From contig JAZDCY010000066.1 in NCBI GenBank assembly GCA_036679645.1, forward strand, positions 1-20,949: DNA of 20,949 nucleotides, read 5' to 3'. Every line of letters begins with the position of its first letter. Position 1 is the first letter of the stretch. Below are positions 17,660-20,949 of this stretch, one piece after another. This stretch comes from Gemmatimonadota bacterium (GTDB lineage: Bacteria > Gemmatimonadota > Gemmatimonadetes > Gemmatimonadales > GWC2-71-9). The notes beneath the pieces are model-generated. The model was not told where the DNA came from, did no database searches, and worked only from the letters and a program-made list of their open reading frames with translations. Made by a program: the position numbers and the translations under genes.

Positions 17660-18094
17660 ATGTCTATTGCCACGGGGAGCCAGGGCACGTTCACAAGCGA
17701 GCCCAACGTTGTTCCCATGATCGATGTCATGCTGGTGCTTCTGATCATCTTCATGATGCAGGTGCCGCTCCAGCGGAAGGTACTGAATGTGAACCTACCG
17801 CCGGAGCAACAGGTTCAGCAGCAACAGGTCCAGGTCAGTGACCAGATCGTGCTCGAGTTGACCGCCGACGGCGGCTATGCCATCAACAGCGAGCCGGTGG
17901 CGTTCGCCAATCTCGAGCGCCGGCTGCGAGAGATCTTTGACGTCCGCCCGACCAAGCTCATGTTCATCAAGACGGCCGGGAACCGACATTACGAAGACGT
18001 CATTGAGTCCATGGACCTCGCGCGCGGTGCCGGCGTGCAGGTCATCGGGTTTACCCCGCACCAAGATGCCTCGGAGGATGAATCCGGGGGCTGA
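17660..18094 (+). CDS. exbD: Biopolymer transporter ExbD/TolR, copy 2
   Basis: EPNVVPMIDVMLVLLIIFMM; YEDVIESMDLARGAGV. Confidence 0.92.
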   Translation: MSIATGSQGTFTSEPNVVPMIDVMLVLLIIFMMQVPLQRKVLNVNLPPEQQVQQQQVQVSDQIVLELTADGGYAINSEPVAFANLERRLREIFDVRPTKLMFIKTAGNRHYEDVIESMDLARGAGVQVIGFTPHQDASEDESGG

Positions 18095-18176
18095 TCCGTT
18101 CCGTAGGGATTTGCAGGCACTGGGGGCGCGGGGGCGACGGGGGCTTTCGCGCCCTTTGGTGTACAACGAGATTGAT

Positions 18177-18947
18177 ATGCGCACGCGACCGACCTTCCGG
18201 ACCATGCAACAACGCGAAGAGCGCGAGCGCCAGAGTTGGCGCTTCTTCGCGAGTTCGGTGTTCTTCCACGCGCTGATCATCTTCCTGGTGATCTCTGATT
18301 GGACGCACCTGAGTATTCCGGATTCCCGCAGACCGGGAGACGACGGGCCGCGTGGTGGTGGTGGTGGTGGTGGCGCCGCCCGCGTCACCCACATTGTTCT
18401 CCCGGCCTACCAGCCGCCGGAGCAAGCACGGCCAACCGAACACTCCGAGGAGCGACCCGAAGACATCGTGATCCCCGTACCGACGATCGCGCAGGTCGAT
18501 ATCGAGACACCGGAGTTTGAGATTCCGCGCGAGACCGCTCCGCTCCCCGGCGCCGAGGTGTTGGGTCAGGGTGCGGGAATGGGGGGTGGTGCGGGGGCGG
18601 GCACCGGGTCGGGTGGAGGGGTCGGGTCAGGGCGCGGCACGGGCATTGGAGATGCTGTTGGTCCGGGGACAGGCGGTGACGGCGGCGACGTCTTCCCTCC
18701 GGCCCCACGGTACCTCACATTGCCTCCGCAACCGACGCCGCGGTCCGTGCGGGGCAAGACCTACGTCGTACGCTTTACCGTCACCGCCGACGGCCGGGTC
18801 CTTCGGGTGGACCTAGAGCCCCGTATCCGGGACGGCAGGTACCGTCGACGGCTAATGGACCGGTTGGCAACCTGGACCTTTGCGCCGGCCGTCACGCGTG
18901 ACGGGACGCCCGTCGCCGGCGTCGCGATAGTCGAAATCAGTCTCTGA
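18177..18947 (+). CDS. TonB-like protein with Gly-rich linker
   Basis: TM with SVFFH; Gly-rich tract; VRFTVTADGRV...WTFAPA...GTPV TonB-C-like end. Start trimmed to MRTRPTF. Confidence 0.75.
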   Translation: MRTRPTFRTMQQREERERQSWRFFASSVFFHALIIFLVISDWTHLSIPDSRRPGDDGPRGGGGGGGAARVTHIVLPAYQPPEQARPTEHSEERPEDIVIPVPTIAQVDIETPEFEIPRETAPLPGAEVLGQGAGMGGGAGAGTGSGGGVGSGRGTGIGDAVGPGTGGDGGDVFPPAPRYLTLPPQPTPRSVRGKTYVVRFTVTADGRVLRVDLEPRIRDGRYRRRLMDRLATWTFAPAVTRDGTPVAGVAIVEISL

Positions 18948-18989
18948 CCCTCCGCGGTCGCCGCGGATTCTCAACAAGGAGCCGTCATA

Positions 18990-20898
18990 GTGCCCCGGCG
19001 CCGCTTTGTGTCCATTCTCGATGTGCTGCGTGTAGCCGTATCCGTGGCGCTGGGCGTCGCCGCCCTCAGTGCAAATCTCGCGGCGCAGGAGATCGAGATC
19101 AGTGCGCCTGACGCGTTCCTCTCGGGCATCGGTTTCGCCATCACGGTGTCCACCCCGCGGTCGCTCGATACGCTACCGGTCCGTCTTGTGGCGGCCGACG
19201 GGACCGTACTGGGAGACGGACAGGCGCCGCCCGTTGGTGAGGTGGTTTTTCGGGACATCGTGATCCGCTCAGGTGACCAACTGCCGCTGGAGGTCACAGT
19301 GGGAGAGTCATCGCAGAGCCTCACGCGCCCGCTGATCCCCGGATGGTTCAGTCTGATCCCGCCGCTTGTGGCGATTGTCCTCGCCCTCGTGTTTCATGAG
19401 GTCGTGAGCAGTCTCTTCGCGGGAGTGTGGTTGGGAGCGCTCCTTCTCGCCGGATTCAACCCGTTGACCGCACTGCTCGACAGCATTAGCCGATTCATCC
19501 AACCCGCCGTTGCCGACAGCAGTCACGCGTCGATCGTCGTGTTCTCGCTACTCCTGGGCGGCATGGTCGGCATCATGGCGCGGATGGGTGGTACGCGCGC
19601 CATCGTCGATGCCGTAACACCGCTGGCGACTACGCGGGGACGCGGGTTGTTCGCGACCTGGGTGGCCGGGATCGCCATCTTCTTCGACGACTACGCCAAC
19701 ACGCTGATCGTCGGCAACACGATGCGGCCGCTCACCGACAAGTTGAAGATCTCACGTGAGAAACTCGCGTATATCGTCGACTCGACGGCGGCTCCCGTAA
19801 CCGTGATCGTGTTCGTCTCTACTTGGGTCGGGTTCGAGATCGGCCTCATTGGAGACTCGCTGCATATCGCGGCTGTGCAGCAAGCGGCCAATCCGGCGTA
19901 CGCGCAGACGATCGAGGCCGTCTCACCGTTCGCGGTGTACCTGCACAGCGTACCGTACCTCTTCTATCCTCTGCTCACGATTCTCGCCATCGGCATCTTC
20001 ATCGGGACGGGTCGGGACTTCGGCCCCATGCTTGCCGCGGAGCGTCGTGCTTTTTCCGGTGGCGGATTGCATGCGCCCGGCGCGCAGCTCGCCGCCGATC
20101 CCAACGCCACACTGGGTGATGTCCCGGACGGTACGCCGCTGCGCTGGTGGAACGGCGTCCTTCCCGTGCTCACCGTCGTCGTCGTTGTCGTATGGGGGTT
20201 GTGGGCTACCGGCTCCAAATCGCTCGGCCCCGACGATGAGCGTACTCTCTCTACGGTGCTCGGCGCGGCGGATCCGTTCGCGTCCCTGCTGTGGGGATCA
20301 CTGGCTGGGTGCATCGTGGGGCTTCTGCTTGCGGTGGGGCAGCGCATCCTCACGTTGAAGCAGACGATCGACGCATGGGCGTCCGGGCTCCGGGCCATGG
20401 TGCTGGCGATGGTGATTCTGGTGCTCGCGTGGTCGCTGGGCAACGTCACGACATCCCTCGGTACGGCGTCGTTCCTGTCCACCGTGCTGTCCGACCGCCT
20501 GGCACTCGAGCTCGTGCCCGTCACCGTCTTCTTTGTCGCCGCGGTCATCTCGTTCGCCACCGGCACCTCGTGGGCGACGATGGCGATTCTCTTTCCTCTA
20601 GTGGTACCGCTCGTGGTCTCGATGGAGGGGAACATCGATTTCAGCGGTGGACACGAGTACCGCATGCTCCTGGCGAGCGACGGTCCTCAGCTCCACGGCG
20701 TCGGGATGCGATCACGTAGACCATGTGCGTACGCAGCTCCCCTACGCCGTGGTGGTCGCGCTGGTCACGATGGTGTTTGGAAGCCTGGCGACGGCCTATG
20801 GCGTACCGGTGTGGGCCGGCCTGCTGCTTTGTGCGGTCACCATGTGGATCATCATCCGGTTCGCGGGGGGCAAGGCCGAAACGGCGGTCTCGGACTAG
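18990..20898 (+). pseudogene. NhaC-family transporter with N-terminal exported domain, frameshifted near 20679; mostly absent from the ORF track
   Basis: AAGGAG then GTG 18990. Hand translation: WFSLIPPLVAI, IFFDDYANTLIVGNTMRP, ISREKLAYIVDSTAAP, SFATGTSW; then in the +1 frame TVLSSTASGCDHVDHVRTQLPYA. The first frame has no stop in the window. Confidence 0.88.
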
Positions 20899-20948
20899 TC
20901 GGTCCCGTTGCCCCGCGCCATGGTGACGGCGAGGGTCGCGGCGCCCAG
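20895..20948 (-). CDS. Probable 3' end of a convergent gene
   Basis: Minus frame reads LGAATLAVTMARGNGTD*; its stop shares CTAG (20895-20898) with the NhaC stop. Confidence 0.4.
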   Translation of the reverse strand: MGAATLAVTMARGNGTD

Positions 20949-20949
20949 C

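Noticed and set aside
18354..18374. (GGT)6 tract as a phase-variation switch
   Set aside because: In-frame triplet repeat encoding a Gly linker.

Overview
GC-rich bacterial chromosomal segment, probably Gemmatimonadota (inferred from protein style, not proven). Order: end of an S9 peptidase; Ig-repeat lipoprotein with a C-terminal leishmanolysin-like (M8) protease, split by a frameshift; small lipoprotein; hypothetical gene with a sigma54-like promoter; DedA; Ig-like lipoprotein; tRNA-Ala(TGC) flanked by two copies of an octamer-built palindrome; CRP/FNR regulator; GTAG-type REP; Mn/Fe SOD; TonB-dependent receptor divergent from an NHL lipoprotein; internally deleted peroxiredoxin remnant; PAS kinase, OmpR-type regulator and HAMP kinase; tonB-exbB-exbD-exbD-tonB-like cluster behind 11-bp-period repeats; NhaC-family transporter missing from the ORF track. 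No transposase, integrase or CRISPR array seen. Main signals: about six apparent block deletions inside otherwise intact genes (assembly artefact or real decay), the tRNA-flanking element, and a candidate two-component-controlled Ton system.
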